Positions 9,854-19,946 of a stretch of 64,000 nucleotides of DNA are shown here, piece by piece; position 1 is the first letter of the stretch; each line of letters opens with the position of its first letter. This stretch comes from Myxococcota bacterium (lineage in GTDB: Bacteria > Myxococcota_A > UBA796 > CAJQPC01). A model generated the notes under the pieces. The model had not been told where the DNA came from and ran no database searches. It was given only the letters and a program-made list of their open reading frames with translations. The stretch lies in assembly GCA_036229005.1 (NCBI GenBank), contig JAZAMN010000014.1, forward strand, positions 1 to 64,000. The letters are read 5' to 3'. The translations under genes and the position numbers were made by a program.

Positions 9854-10828
9854 ATGCACGCACTCCTCCTCTCCTTCTTGCTCCCCTCTCTGGCCTGCAC
9901 CGACGGGGAACCCCAGCAGCTCGATTCCCAGGCCGAGGCGGACGCCGACACCGACGCGGACGCCGATGGAGACAGCGACTCCGACGCGGACTCCGACTCA
10001 GACGCGGACGCGGACCCCGCAGAGGCCATGTGCCTGGAGTGGGAGGACCGCACCTCGGGCCTGGTGGAGGGGAGCTGGAGCGGCAACGCGGGCTCCTGCC
10101 AGGCGGGCTCGCTGTCCCAGGACGGCATCGACAGCGTGGTGGAGCTGGTGAACGCCTACCGCTGGCTGGCGGGGCAGGACGACGTCAGCACCAGCGCCAG
10201 CAAGAACGCGGCCGCCCAGGAGTGCGCGCTCGTCCAGCGCGCCAACAACAGCCTGTCGCACTATCCGCCCAGCAACTGGGACTGCTGGAGCCAGACGGCC
10301 TACGACGCGGCGGGGAGCTCCAACATCAGCACGGCCCCCGCGGTGCAGTCGGTGGACATGTACATGGTGGACTTCGGGGACTCGAACCAGGCTTCGCTGG
10401 GTCACCGGCGCTGGATCCTCAACGACGCGCTGGGCCCCATCGGCGTGGGCGGCACGGACAAGCACTCCTGCCTGCACGTCATCGGGGGGAGCGGGAGCAG
10501 CGCACAGTCCTGGACCGCCTGGCCGCCTCCCGGTCCGGTGCCCCTGGAGGTCTTCGAGCCGGTCTTTGGCTACACGCTGGACGAGACGGGCTGGTCCATC
10601 CAGAGCGAGAGCATCGACCTGCGCGCCGGCACGGTCAGTGTCAGCAAGGACGGTCAGAGCCTCGCGGTCACCCAGCGCTCGCTGGACCAATACTATGGCT
10701 CCAAGTTCGCGATCGCCTTCCGCCCCAAGGGGTGGACCACCGGTGTCGGGGTCTATGAGGTCGAGGTGACCGGGCTGTCCAGCGACATCGCCTACACCGT
10801 CGAGGTCACGGACTGCGGGAGCTTCTGA
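9854..10828 (+). CDS. CAP/SCP-domain lipoprotein with Asp-rich linker
   Basis: Lipobox SLAC; VNAYRWLAG, LSHYPP, GHRRWILN. Confidence 0.85.
   Translation: MHALLLSFLLPSLACTDGEPQQLDSQAEADADTDADADGDSDSDADSDSDADADPAEAMCLEWEDRTSGLVEGSWSGNAGSCQAGSLSQDGIDSVVELVNAYRWLAGQDDVSTSASKNAAAQECALVQRANNSLSHYPPSNWDCWSQTAYDAAGSSNISTAPAVQSVDMYMVDFGDSNQASLGHRRWILNDALGPIGVGGTDKHSCLHVIGGSGSSAQSWTAWPPPGPVPLEVFEPVFGYTLDETGWSIQSESIDLRAGTVSVSKDGQSLAVTQRSLDQYYGSKFAIAFRPKGWTTGVGVYEVEVTGLSSDIAYTVEVTDCGSF
9941..10015 (+). repeat. Coding GAC-NNN hexamer repeat (DA/DT/DG/DS dipeptides)
   Basis: Encodes DADTDADADGDSDSDADSDSDADAD. Confidence 0.85.
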
Positions 10829-10851
10829 GGGGCTCCCTGGCCCCAGCGAGG

Positions 10852-11166
10852 TCACCCGCTGGTGGAAGGCTCCGCCTGCTCCTTGTCCAGCACGAACTTG
10901 TCGAACACAAAGGGCCCGAAAGGCAGCACCGAGGCGACCGCGGCGAGCAGGATGTTCTTGATGGGCCAGTCCCTGTCGATCCAGGCGTGGACGGCGGCGG
11001 CGACGTAGAGGATGAACAGGAAGCCGTGGGCGCGCCCGACGATGGAGACCATCTGGGGCATGTCGAAGCCGTACTTGAGGGGCATCGCGACGCCGAGCAG
11101 CAGCAGGTAGGAGGCGCCCTCGAACCAGCCGATGACTCGGAGGCGGCCGGTTGTGGTCTTGAGCAT
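10852..11166 (-). CDS. DUF3817-family membrane protein
   Basis: EGASYLLLLGVAMPLKY, GRAHGFLF, SVLPFGPF. Confidence 0.85.
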   Translation of the reverse strand: MLKTTTGRLRVIGWFEGASYLLLLGVAMPLKYGFDMPQMVSIVGRAHGFLFILYVAAAVHAWIDRDWPIKNILLAAVASVLPFGPFVFDKFVLDKEQAEPSTSG

Positions 11167-11258
11167 GGTGTCCTCGTTTGGGCAGGGGAGTGTAAAGGAG
11201 CGCGGGGGCTGCGGGGGTGCGGCGTTTTGCCACTGGGGGCCGGGGGCCCAGGTCCGCT

Positions 11259-12611
11259 CTACTCGTCCGCTCCATAGCGCCTGAGGCGGGCCAGCAGGGT
11301 CTTTCGGTCGATCCCCAGGATCCGGGCGGCCTTGCTGCGGTTGCCCTCGGCGGCGCGGATGACGCGGAGGATGTGGCGACGCTCGACCTCGTGCAGGGTG
11401 GGGAGGGCGCCGGACTCGACGGGGCGGGGCGGGGCGCTGGTTGGGTTGCCGCGCACCTCGGCCGGGAGGAGCTCGGTGCGGAGCACGCCGTCGGGAGAGA
11501 GGGCGGCGGCGGCCTCGATGGCGTTCTTGAGCTCGCGCACGTTGCCGGGCCAGCTCCAGGCGCGCAGGGCGTCCTCGAAGGCGTCGTCCCAGCTCAGGCT
11601 GCGGCCGCTGCGCTGCTCCTGCTCGGCGAGGAGGGCGGAGGCCAGCAGGAGGACGTCGTCACCGCGTTCGCTGAGGGGCGGTACGCGCAGGGTCACGACC
11701 TTGAGGCGGTAGTAGAGATCCTGGCGGAAGCTGCCGTCGCGGACCTTGGCCTCCAGATCGACGTTGGTGGCGGCCAGGACGCGGACGTCGACCTGGATCT
11801 CGCGGTCCTGGCCAACAGGGCGGACGCGGCGCTCCTCCAGGGCGCGGAGCAGGCGGGCCTGGTTGGGGAGGGTGAGCTCGCCGACCTCGTCCAAGAAGAG
11901 GGTGCCGCCCTCGGCCGCCCGGAAGACGCCCTGGCGGGAGCGGCCGGCCCCGGTGAAGGCGCCCTCGGTGTGGCCGAAGAGCTCGCTCTCCACCAGGTTC
12001 TCGGGGATGGCGGCGCAGTTGACGGTGATCAGAGGGGCTGCGCTGCGAGTGCTGAGGGCGTGGAGGGCGCGGGCGACGCGCTCCTTGCCGACGCCGCTGG
12101 GGCCCAGGATCAGGGTGCTGATGTCGGCCTGCGCGACGCGCTCGATCTGCTCGAAGAGCTGCTGCATGGCGGGGGAGGCGCCGCAGAGGCCGCCGGGACC
12201 CTGCTCGCCGCGGGTGACCCGTCGCAGGCGGATGAGCTCGGTCTTGACGCGGCGGTGGCTGAGGGCGCGCTCGAGGGCCAGGTGCAGGTCCTCGACCTCG
12301 AAGGGCTTGCGCAGGAAGTCCCAGGCGCCCGCCCGCAGCGCCGAGATGGCGGTGTCGATGGTGCCGTAGCCGGACATGATGATGACGGGGATGTCCATGC
12401 GCAGCAGGCGGATGCGCTGGCAGAGGTCCACGCCGTCGATGCTGGGCATGCGGACGTCGGTGAGCACGACGTCGATGGGCTCGGTCTCCAGCAGGGTGAG
12501 GGCCTGCTCGGCGCCGTCGGCCTCGGTGACCTGGTGGTCCAGGCTGTGGAGCTGGCGGGCCAGGGTGCGGCGCATGGCGCGCTCGTCGTCGACGATCAAC
12601 ACGTGGGCCAT
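11259..12611 (-). CDS. Sigma54-dependent response regulator (NtrC/AtoC/ZraR family)
   Basis: Receiver (LIVDDE, TDVRMP), AAA+ GPSGVGKE, ESELFGH, GAFTGA, FLDEV, WPGNVREL, Fis-type HTH. Probable start MAHVLI at 12611. Confidence 0.95.
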   Translation of the reverse strand: MAHVLIVDDERAMRRTLARQLHSLDHQVTEADGAEQALTLLETEPIDVVLTDVRMPSIDGVDLCQRIRLLRMDIPVIIMSGYGTIDTAISALRAGAWDFLRKPFEVEDLHLALERALSHRRVKTELIRLRRVTRGEQGPGGLCGASPAMQQLFEQIERVAQADISTLILGPSGVGKERVARALHALSTRSAAPLITVNCAAIPENLVESELFGHTEGAFTGAGRSRQGVFRAAEGGTLFLDEVGELTLPNQARLLRALEERRVRPVGQDREIQVDVRVLAATNVDLEAKVRDGSFRQDLYYRLKVVTLRVPPLSERGDDVLLLASALLAEQEQRSGRSLSWDDAFEDALRAWSWPGNVRELKNAIEAAAALSPDGVLRTELLPAEVRGNPTSAPPRPVESGALPTLHEVERRHILRVIRAAEGNRSKAARILGIDRKTLLARLRRYGADE

Positions 12612-13954
12612 CAGGGGGACTCCGCGGGCAGGGAGATGACAAAGCGGGCGCCGCCGCTGGGGGCGTCCTCGATGCGCAGGGTGCCGCCGGCCTCCTCGAC
12701 GATGCCCTGGACCAAGGGGAGGCCCAGGCCGAGGCCCTGACCGGGGGGCTTGGTGGTGTAGAAGGGGGCCAGCACGGACTCCCGGAGCTCGGGGGGCACG
12801 CCGGGGCCTTGGTCGTCCACCCGCAGCTCGACGTGGTCGCCCACCGGCAGGGCGCTGACCTGCACGGCGCCGCCTCGCTCGCTCTGGGCCTGGACGGCGT
12901 TGCGCATGAGGTTGGCCATGGCCTGCACCAGCAGCGCGGGCCGGACGTGAACGTAGACCTGGGGGGGCGGGGAGAGCTCCATCCGCACGCGGGTTCCGCG
13001 GACCAGGCCCTCGCCGGTGGAGCGCAGGTCGCCCCAGATCTGGGGCAGCGGCTCCAGGGAACCGGAGGGGGGCTTGGGGTGGGCCAGCTCCAGCAGATCG
13101 CGGACCAGGTGGGTCATGCGCTCGGCCTGGTCGCGGATGTCGTCCGCGGTCTCCTGGAGCTCGGGGGTGAGCCCCTCGGCGCCGCTGAGGTAGCGGGCGT
13201 TGCCGGAGATGACATGGAGCGGGGAGCCCAGCTCGTGGGCGACGCCAGCGGCGAGGTCGCCGACCAGTCGGAGGCGGTCCGCGTGTCGGAGCTGCTCGAC
13301 GGCCTGCTCGCGGGCGGCCTGCTCCTGCTGGGCCTGGACGCGGGCCTGCTCCAGGTTGGAGGCGAGGGTCTCCAGGGCGATCCCCAGCTCGGTCAGCTCG
13401 TCGCGGCCAGGGAGGGGCTCCCGGGGGGAGAGGTCGCCGTTGCCGATCTCCACGGCGCGGCCCAACAAGCGCTCCATCCGCTTGCCCACCACAAAGCGGC
13501 CCGTTGAGGCGGCGGCGAGGAGACCGAGGGCCAGGAGCAGCCCGCCGCTGAGCAGGAGCTGGCGGCGGCCCTCCTGGGAGACGCGCTCGAGCTCGGACAT
13601 GGGCTCGCGCAGGCGCAGGCGGGCGGGGCCGCTGGGGAGGCGCACGTCCAGGTCGGTGACCAGCAGGCCGTCCTGGATGGCCTGGCTCGGGGCCTGGACG
13701 CTCGCCAAGGAGAGCTCCAGCTCGATCTCCCGCTCGGCCAGCTCGATCTCCTGGAGCAGGGCCTGGGACTGGGCCAGGTCGCCGGCCTGGTGCTCGACGG
13801 CGGCCACCAGCGCGGAGCCGACGATGCGGTGGTCGCGCTGGAGCTCCTGCTCCACGATCTTGGCCTCGCGGTCCAAGCGGGCCAGGCCCATCATGACCTG
13901 CACGGCCAGCAATACGAGGATCATCCAGGCGGCGATCTTGAGGGCGACGCGCAC
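12611..13954 (-). CDS. HAMP-domain sensor histidine kinase
   Basis: Two TM segments, HAMP (DELTEL), H-box AHELGSPL, N-box NLMRNA, DQGPG, FYTTK, GLGLGL. GTG start after GGAGGT. Confidence 0.92.
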   Translation of the reverse strand: MRVALKIAAWMILVLLAVQVMMGLARLDREAKIVEQELQRDHRIVGSALVAAVEHQAGDLAQSQALLQEIELAEREIELELSLASVQAPSQAIQDGLLVTDLDVRLPSGPARLRLREPMSELERVSQEGRRQLLLSGGLLLALGLLAAASTGRFVVGKRMERLLGRAVEIGNGDLSPREPLPGRDELTELGIALETLASNLEQARVQAQQEQAAREQAVEQLRHADRLRLVGDLAAGVAHELGSPLHVISGNARYLSGAEGLTPELQETADDIRDQAERMTHLVRDLLELAHPKPPSGSLEPLPQIWGDLRSTGEGLVRGTRVRMELSPPPQVYVHVRPALLVQAMANLMRNAVQAQSERGGAVQVSALPVGDHVELRVDDQGPGVPPELRESVLAPFYTTKPPGQGLGLGLPLVQGIVEEAGGTLRIEDAPSGGARFVISLPAESP

Positions 13955-14032
13955 GCGAACACCTCCAGCCCCGGGAGCGTAACCGATGGCCAGCCTCCCC
14001 CGATCGCCCCATGGCATCGGGCTGATCGAGGG

Positions 14033-14092
14033 TGGCCGCTTTCTCCCCAATGGGGAGCCCCTCCCCAGCGGAGGGTGGGGAGTTCTTCCCCA
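14033..14092. promoter_or_regulatory. Tandem palindromic sites TGGGGA-N5-TCCCCA, probable activator binding sites
   Basis: TGGGGAGCCCCTCCCCA (14051-14067), TGGGGAGTTCTTCCCCA (14076-14092) and degenerate TGGCCGCTTTCTCCCCA (14033-14049). Confidence 0.65.
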
Positions 14093-14121
14093 GCGGCACG
14101 GTCCACCGGGCCTTTTGGGGC

Positions 14122-14137
14122 TGGCACACCCCTTGCT
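14122..14137 (+). promoter_or_regulatory. Sigma54 (-24/-12) promoter of the RND operon
   Basis: TGGCAC-ACCCC-TTGCT matches the TGGCAC-N5-TTGCW consensus, about 50 nt upstream of the permease ATG. Confidence 0.85.
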
Positions 14138-14189
14138 TTGGCGGGCCTCCGGGAGGGCTCACCCCTCTGTCCTCAAGCTGAGAGCGCGA

Positions 14190-17100
14190 ATGCTGAAGCA
14201 GTTCATCAGACGACCCGTCCTCGCGATCGTCATCTCCATCCTCCTGCTGTTTCTGGGCGTCCTCTCGCAGCGGTCGCTGCCGGTGTCCCAGTTCCCCGAG
14301 ATCTCTCCTCCCCGCGTGATGGTCTTCGTGGCCTACCCGGGCGCCAGCGCCGAGACGCTGGTGAACTCCACCCTCATCCCCCTGGAGCGCTCCATCAACG
14401 GCGTCCCGGGGATGGAGTACATGGTCTCCGACGCGACCAGCGCGGGCGAGGCGACCATCCAGGTGGTGTTCGAGCTGGGCACGGACCCCAACCAGGCGGT
14501 CGTGAACGTCAAGAACCGGGTGGACCAGGTCATCAACCGCCTGCCGCCGCTGGTCCAGCTCGAGGGCGTGACGGTCTCCCGCATCCAGCCCAGCATGCTG
14601 ATGTACGTGAACGTCTACTCGGACAGCGATGGCGCGGACGAGAAGTTCCTGTACAACTTCACGGATGTAACGGTCCTACCAGAGCTGCAGCGGCTCAAGG
14701 GCGTCGGGCAGGCCAAGATCCTGGGCAGCCGCCAGTACGCCATGCGCATCTGGCTGAACCCCGACCGCATGCGGGCCTACAACGTCTCCGCGGAGGAGGT
14801 GCTGGAGGCCATCGACGAGCAGTCGGTCATCGGCCGGCCGGGTCGCACGGGGCGCGCCTCGGGCAAGACGGCGCAGTCGCTGGAGTACGTGCTGGTCTAC
14901 GAGGGCCGCTACAACACCCCCGAGCAGTACGAGGACATCATCGTCCGGGCCAACCCCGAGGGCGAGATCCTGCGCCTGGGGGACCTCGCGGAGGTGGAGC
15001 TGGGGAGTGAGTTCTTCGACATCTACTCCAACCTCGACGGCAAGCCTTCCGCCGCGGTGACCATCAAGCAGACCTACGGCAGCAACGCCAGCGAGGTCAT
15101 CGAGGAGGTCAAGGCCAAGCTGGCCGAGCTGGAGGAGAGCAGCTTCCCCGCGGGGATGCACTACGAGATCAGCTACGACGTCTCCAGCTTCCTGGACGCG
15201 TCCATCGAGAAGGTGACCCACACGCTGCTGGAGGCCTTCATCCTGGTGGCCCTGGTGGTGTTCATCTTCCTGGGCGATCTGCGCTCCACCCTGATCCCGA
15301 CCCTGGCGGTCCCGGTCTCGCTGGTGGGCGCCTTCCTGTTCATGAAGCTCTTTGGGCTGACGGTGAACCTCATCACCCTCTTCGCCCTCGTCCTGGCCAT
15401 CGGCATCGTGGTGGATGACGCCATCGTCGTGGTCGAGGCGGTGCACGCGAAGATGTCGGAGGAGCACGTCGGCCCCTTCCAGGCCGTGAAGAGGGTGCTC
15501 GGCGAGATCTCGGGCGCCATCCTGGCCATCACGATGCTGATGGCCGCCGTGTTCGTGCCCGTGGCCTTCATGACCGGCCCCGCGGGCATCTTCTACCGCC
15601 AGTTCTCCATCACCATGGTCTCGGCCATCGTGCTCTCCGGCGTGGTCGCCCTGACCCTGACGCCGGTGCTGTGCGCGATGCTGCTCAAGCCGCACGACCC
15701 CAACCACGATCCCGCCAGGTCCAAGAACCCGATCCACCGAGGCCTGGCGCTGTTCAACCGGGTGTTCGACAAGGCCACGAACGCGTACACGAATGTCCTC
15801 GCCAAGACCGCGGGGCGCAAGACGCTGTCGATGGGCCTGGTGGTGCTGTTCGGTGTGGGCGTGTGGTTGGCGGCCACGGTCCTGCCCTCCGGCTTCATCC
15901 CCAACGAGGACCAGGGGATGATCTACGCCATCGTGCAGACGCCCCCCGGGGCCACGCTGGAGCGCACCAACGAGGTGTCCGGCCGCCTGCAGCGCATCGC
16001 CGAGGAGGTGGACGGCGTGCAGTCGGTGTCCTGTCTGGCCGGCTACGAGATCCTGACCGAGGGGCGTGGGTCCAACGCCGGCACCTGCCTTGTGAACCTC
16101 AAGCCATGGGACGAGCGGGACCAGGACGTCCACGAGGTCATCGAGGAGCTGGAGGAGGAGACCCGCGATGTGGGCGCCATCATCGAGTACTTCGAGCCCC
16201 CGGCCGTGCCTGGCTACGGCGCCGCTGGCGGCCTGGCCCTGCGCCTGTTGGACAAGACGAACTCCGGCGACTACCACGAGTTCGCGGCCCTGAACGAGGC
16301 GTTCATGGAGGCGCTGGGGGAGCGGCCCGAGATCACGGGGTTGTTCACCTTCTACGCCACGAACTACCCGCAGTACGAGCTTGAGATCGACCCCGATCTG
16401 GCCATGCAGAAGGGCGTGTCCGTGGGCGCCGCGATGGAGAACCTGGACATCCTCGTGGGCAGCACCTACGAGCAGGGCTTCATCCGATTTGGCCGCTTCT
16501 ACAAGGTCTACACGCAGGCGGCCCCGGAGTTCCGGGCGCTCCCCTCCGACATCATGGACCTGTACGTCAAGAACGACCGGGACGAGCTGGTCCCGTACTC
16601 CGCGTTCATGACGATGGAGAAGCGCCTGGGGCCCAACGAGGTCACCCGCTACAACCTCTACAACTCCGCCGCCATCCGCGGCGCCCCCGCCCGCGGCTAC
16701 ACCAGCGGTGACGCGATGCGGGCCGTGCAGGAGGTCGCCGAGGAGGTCCTGCCCCGCGGCTACGACATCGCCTGGGAGGGCCTGTCCTACGACGAGGCCC
16801 GGCGCGGCAACGAGGCGGTCTACATCTTCCTGGTGGTCCTCGCGTTCGCCTACCTGGTCCTCGCGGCCCAGTACGAGAGCTTCCTGATCCCCTTCGCGGT
16901 GATCCTGTCCCTGCCTGCGGGCATCCTGGGCTCCTTCGTCCTCCTCAAGACCATGGGCCTGGCCAACGACATCTACGCGCAGGTGGGCCTGGTCATGCTG
17001 GTGGGCCTGCTGGGCAAGAACGCGGTGCTCATCGTCGAGTTCGCCATGCAGAAGCAGCAGGAGGGCATGTACGTGTACGAGGCGGCCATCGCCGGCGCCA

Positions 17101-17360
17101 AGGCGCGCTTCCGGCCCATCCTGATGACCTCCTTCGCGTTCATGGCCGGCCTCATCCCCCTGGTCGTCGCCACCGGCCCCGGCGCCATCGGCAACCGGAC
17201 CATCGGCGCCTCCGCCCTGGGCGGCATGCTGATGGGCACGGTCATCGGCGTCGTCGTCGTCCCCGGCCTCTACGTCGTGTTCGCGAGCCTGCAGCACGGG
17301 TGGTCGCTGATCAAGGACCAGGACCAATCCCCTGTGACGGAGGGCATCGACCATGCGTAG
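14190..17360 (+). CDS. RND efflux permease, HAE1 (AcrB-like) family
   Basis: FIRRPVLA, LPVSQFPEI, AIGIVVDDAIVVVE, GKNAVLIVEFA, RFRPILMTS. Confidence 0.95.
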   Translation: MLKQFIRRPVLAIVISILLLFLGVLSQRSLPVSQFPEISPPRVMVFVAYPGASAETLVNSTLIPLERSINGVPGMEYMVSDATSAGEATIQVVFELGTDPNQAVVNVKNRVDQVINRLPPLVQLEGVTVSRIQPSMLMYVNVYSDSDGADEKFLYNFTDVTVLPELQRLKGVGQAKILGSRQYAMRIWLNPDRMRAYNVSAEEVLEAIDEQSVIGRPGRTGRASGKTAQSLEYVLVYEGRYNTPEQYEDIIVRANPEGEILRLGDLAEVELGSEFFDIYSNLDGKPSAAVTIKQTYGSNASEVIEEVKAKLAELEESSFPAGMHYEISYDVSSFLDASIEKVTHTLLEAFILVALVVFIFLGDLRSTLIPTLAVPVSLVGAFLFMKLFGLTVNLITLFALVLAIGIVVDDAIVVVEAVHAKMSEEHVGPFQAVKRVLGEISGAILAITMLMAAVFVPVAFMTGPAGIFYRQFSITMVSAIVLSGVVALTLTPVLCAMLLKPHDPNHDPARSKNPIHRGLALFNRVFDKATNAYTNVLAKTAGRKTLSMGLVVLFGVGVWLAATVLPSGFIPNEDQGMIYAIVQTPPGATLERTNEVSGRLQRIAEEVDGVQSVSCLAGYEILTEGRGSNAGTCLVNLKPWDERDQDVHEVIEELEEETRDVGAIIEYFEPPAVPGYGAAGGLALRLLDKTNSGDYHEFAALNEAFMEALGERPEITGLFTFYATNYPQYELEIDPDLAMQKGVSVGAAMENLDILVGSTYEQGFIRFGRFYKVYTQAAPEFRALPSDIMDLYVKNDRDELVPYSAFMTMEKRLGPNEVTRYNLYNSAAIRGAPARGYTSGDAMRAVQEVAEEVLPRGYDIAWEGLSYDEARRGNEAVYIFLVVLAFAYLVLAAQYESFLIPFAVILSLPAGILGSFVLLKTMGLANDIYAQVGLVMLVGLLGKNAVLIVEFAMQKQQEGMYVYEAAIAGAKARFRPILMTSFAFMAGLIPLVVATGPGAIGNRTIGASALGGMLMGTVIGVVVVPGLYVVFASLQHGWSLIKDQDQSPVTEGIDHA

Positions 17361-18807
17361 CCCCCACCTTGCCGCGGGCCTGAGCCTGCTCCTGATGCTG
17401 GGGGGCTGCGTCCCCAAGCTCCAAGGGGCGGTGCGTGAGGCCCAGATCGACCTCCCCTCGGACTACGGGCAGCAGGAGGGCACGCCCCAAGCAGCGCCGC
17501 TCCCCGACTGGCGGGCCCACTTCCAGGACCCGCAGCTTGTCGCGCTGATCGAGACGGCCCTGGCCCACAACCAGGAGCTCGCGCTGATCGACCAGGAGCT
17601 GCGCATCGCGGACGCCGAGGTCAACGCCCGCCGCGGGGAGTACCTGCCCCGCCTGGACTTCTTCGCCGGCGCCGAGACCGAGAAGGTGGGCCGATACACC
17701 AGCCAGGGGGCGAACGACGCCAACACGGAGATCGCGCCGGGCGTGGAGTTCCCCGAGCCGCTGCCCGACTTTGGCGTGGGCCTGAGCGCGTCCTGGGAGA
17801 TCGACGCCTGGGGCCGCCTGCGCAACTCCCGGCGGGCCGCCCAGGAGCGCTACCTGCAGACCACCGAAGGCCGGAACTTCGCGGTCACCGAGCTGGTCGC
17901 GGAGATCGCGGGTGCCTGGTACGAGCTGCAGGCCCTGCACGCGCAGATGGCCGTGCTGGACCAGAACGTGGAGATCCTGGAGAACTCCCTGCGCATCGTG
18001 AGGCTGCAGCGGGAGTCCGCGCAGGTCACCCAGCTCGCGGTGCAGCGCTTCGAGGCGGAGCTGCTGGAGGCCAAGAGCGAGCGCTTCCAGGTGCGTCAGG
18101 AGATCACCGAGGCCGAGAACGCGATCAACCTGCTGTGTGCGCGCTACCCCCAGCCGCTGCCGGTCAGCGCGCTGGCCCTGGAGGACCTGGGGGCCCCGAC
18201 TGTGCTCGCGGGGCAGCCCGGACAGCTCCTGGAGCGGCGCCCGGATGTGCGCGCGGCGGAGCGGGGGCTGGAGGCGGCCAGGCTGGACGTCAAGGCGGCC
18301 AAGGCGCTGTTCTACCCCACCCTGAGCCTGGACGCGGAGCTGGGCTACGAGGCCTTCTCGCTGGCCCGGATGGGGGCGACCCCGGAGTCGATCCTCTACA
18401 ACCTGGCCCTGGGCGTGGCCGCGCCGCTGCTCAACCGCCAGGAGATCAAGGCCCAGTACGTGGCCGCCAGCGCGCAGCAGATGCAGGCGACCGTCGAGTA
18501 CGAGCGCACCGTGCTGCAGGCCTACCTGGAGGTCTCAAACCAGGTCTCGGCCATCAGCAACCAAGACGCGAGCTACCACCTGCAGGCCGAGCGGGTGGCG
18601 GTGTTGGAGCGCTCCATCGAGAGCGCCACCCGGCTCTTCGGCTCGGCCCGCGCCGACTACCTGGAGGTCCTGACCACCCGTCAGGAGCTCCTCTTTGCCC
18701 AGATGGCGCTCATCGAGACCCGGCAGGAGCAGCTCACCGCCCGCGCTGAGCTCTACCGCGCCCTCGGTGGCGGCTGGGACCAGACCCCCCGTGAGGAGGC
18801 GCCCTGA
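17353..18807 (+). CDS. Outer-membrane efflux factor (TolC/NodT/OprM family lipoprotein)
   Basis: Lipobox GGC; WEIDAWG, RRPDVRAAE, LYRALGGGW. Confidence 0.93.
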   Translation: MRSPHLAAGLSLLLMLGGCVPKLQGAVREAQIDLPSDYGQQEGTPQAAPLPDWRAHFQDPQLVALIETALAHNQELALIDQELRIADAEVNARRGEYLPRLDFFAGAETEKVGRYTSQGANDANTEIAPGVEFPEPLPDFGVGLSASWEIDAWGRLRNSRRAAQERYLQTTEGRNFAVTELVAEIAGAWYELQALHAQMAVLDQNVEILENSLRIVRLQRESAQVTQLAVQRFEAELLEAKSERFQVRQEITEAENAINLLCARYPQPLPVSALALEDLGAPTVLAGQPGQLLERRPDVRAAERGLEAARLDVKAAKALFYPTLSLDAELGYEAFSLARMGATPESILYNLALGVAAPLLNRQEIKAQYVAASAQQMQATVEYERTVLQAYLEVSNQVSAISNQDASYHLQAERVAVLERSIESATRLFGSARADYLEVLTTRQELLFAQMALIETRQEQLTARAELYRALGGGWDQTPREEAP

Positions 18808-19934
18808 TGCGCGAGACCACAAGCAATGGAGGCCGGCCCATGGCCTTGCCCGGACGCACCCTGTTCCTGCTCACCCTGGCTCTGGGGGCGCTCGGCGTGA
18901 CCGGCTGCCACCACGAGGAGGGGCACCACGAAGAGCACGGCGCCTACCCGGCGACCCACCCCCTGCGGCGGGACACCGACCTGACCCAGGAGTACGTGGC
19001 CAACGTCCACTCGATCCAGCACATCGAGCTGCGGGCGATGGAGCACGGCTACATCCAGGAGATCCTGGTGGACGAGGGCAAGCCCGTCACCGAGGGCGAG
19101 CTGATGTTCCGCATCATGCCGCAGCTCTACCAGGCGGAGCTCCGAAAGGCGCGCGCAGAGGCGGATTTTGCGCAGATCGGATTCGCCAACACCAAGGCCC
19201 TGCGGGACAGCGACGTGGTGTCCGCCAATGAGCTGGCGCTGGCGAAGGCCGAGCTGGACAAGGCCAACGCCGAGCTCTCGCTGGCCGAGACGCACCTCGG
19301 GTTCACCGCGGTCTATGCCCCCTTTGACGGCATCATGGGGCGCCTGGAGGTGAGGCGCGGCAGCCTCGTGGACGAGGGCGAGCTGCTCACGACCCTCGCC
19401 GACAACAGCCAGATGTGGGTGTACTTCAACGTCGGAGAGGCCGAGTACCTGGAGTACAAGATGGCCGCCCGCGACGGCGAGGTGACCCCCGTGAAGCTGC
19501 GCCTGGCCAACGGGCAGGTCTTCGAGCAGGAGGGCCACATCGACACCATCGCCGCGGACTTCAACAACGAGACCGGCAACATCGCCTTCCGCGCGAGCTT
19601 CCCGAACCCCGACGGGCTCCTTCGGCACGGCGAGACGGGCAAGATCATCATGACCACGGTGCTGCCCGACGCATTGCTGATCCCGCAGAAGGCGACCTTC
19701 GACCTTCTGGACAAGAAGTACGTGTTCGTCGTCCACGACGAGGGGACGGTCGAGCTGCGCGAGATCCGCGTGAGCGAGGAGCTGCCCAACCTCTACGTGG
19801 TGGAGAGCGGGGTCACCGAGTCGGAGGTCATCCTGCTGGAGGGCCTGCGCAAGGTCCGCGACGGTGACGAGATCGAGTTCGACTACGAGGAGCCCGCCGA
19901 GGTCTATGCGCACCTGGAGCTCCACGCGGAGTAG
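18807..19934 (+). CDS. RND membrane fusion protein with His-rich N-terminus
   Basis: Lipobox VTGC then HHEEGHHEEH; APFDG, FPNPDGLLRHG, LIPQKA. Alternative start at 18840. Confidence 0.92.
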   Translation: MRETTSNGGRPMALPGRTLFLLTLALGALGVTGCHHEEGHHEEHGAYPATHPLRRDTDLTQEYVANVHSIQHIELRAMEHGYIQEILVDEGKPVTEGELMFRIMPQLYQAELRKARAEADFAQIGFANTKALRDSDVVSANELALAKAELDKANAELSLAETHLGFTAVYAPFDGIMGRLEVRRGSLVDEGELLTTLADNSQMWVYFNVGEAEYLEYKMAARDGEVTPVKLRLANGQVFEQEGHIDTIAADFNNETGNIAFRASFPNPDGLLRHGETGKIIMTTVLPDALLIPQKATFDLLDKKYVFVVHDEGTVELREIRVSEELPNLYVVESGVTESEVILLEGLRKVRDGDEIEFDYEEPAEVYAHLELHAE

Positions 19935-19946
19935 AAGAGGACCGGC

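Noticed and set aside
9941..10015. CRISPR or other non-coding repeat
   Set aside because: It is an in-frame Asp-rich linker with no spacers. No CRISPR array, tRNA or rRNA was recognised anywhere in the window.
12612..14162. 967-aa version of the sigma54 regulator
   Set aside because: The N-terminal extension is an Arg/Pro-rich off-frame reading of the kinase gene; the probable start is 12611.
14676..17417. Long antisense or alternate-frame ORFs (913 aa here; also 39458..42346, 37191..39383, 33530..35587, 61969..63942)
   Set aside because: Shadow ORFs typical of high-GC DNA. They overlap genes with clear family motifs and have none themselves.
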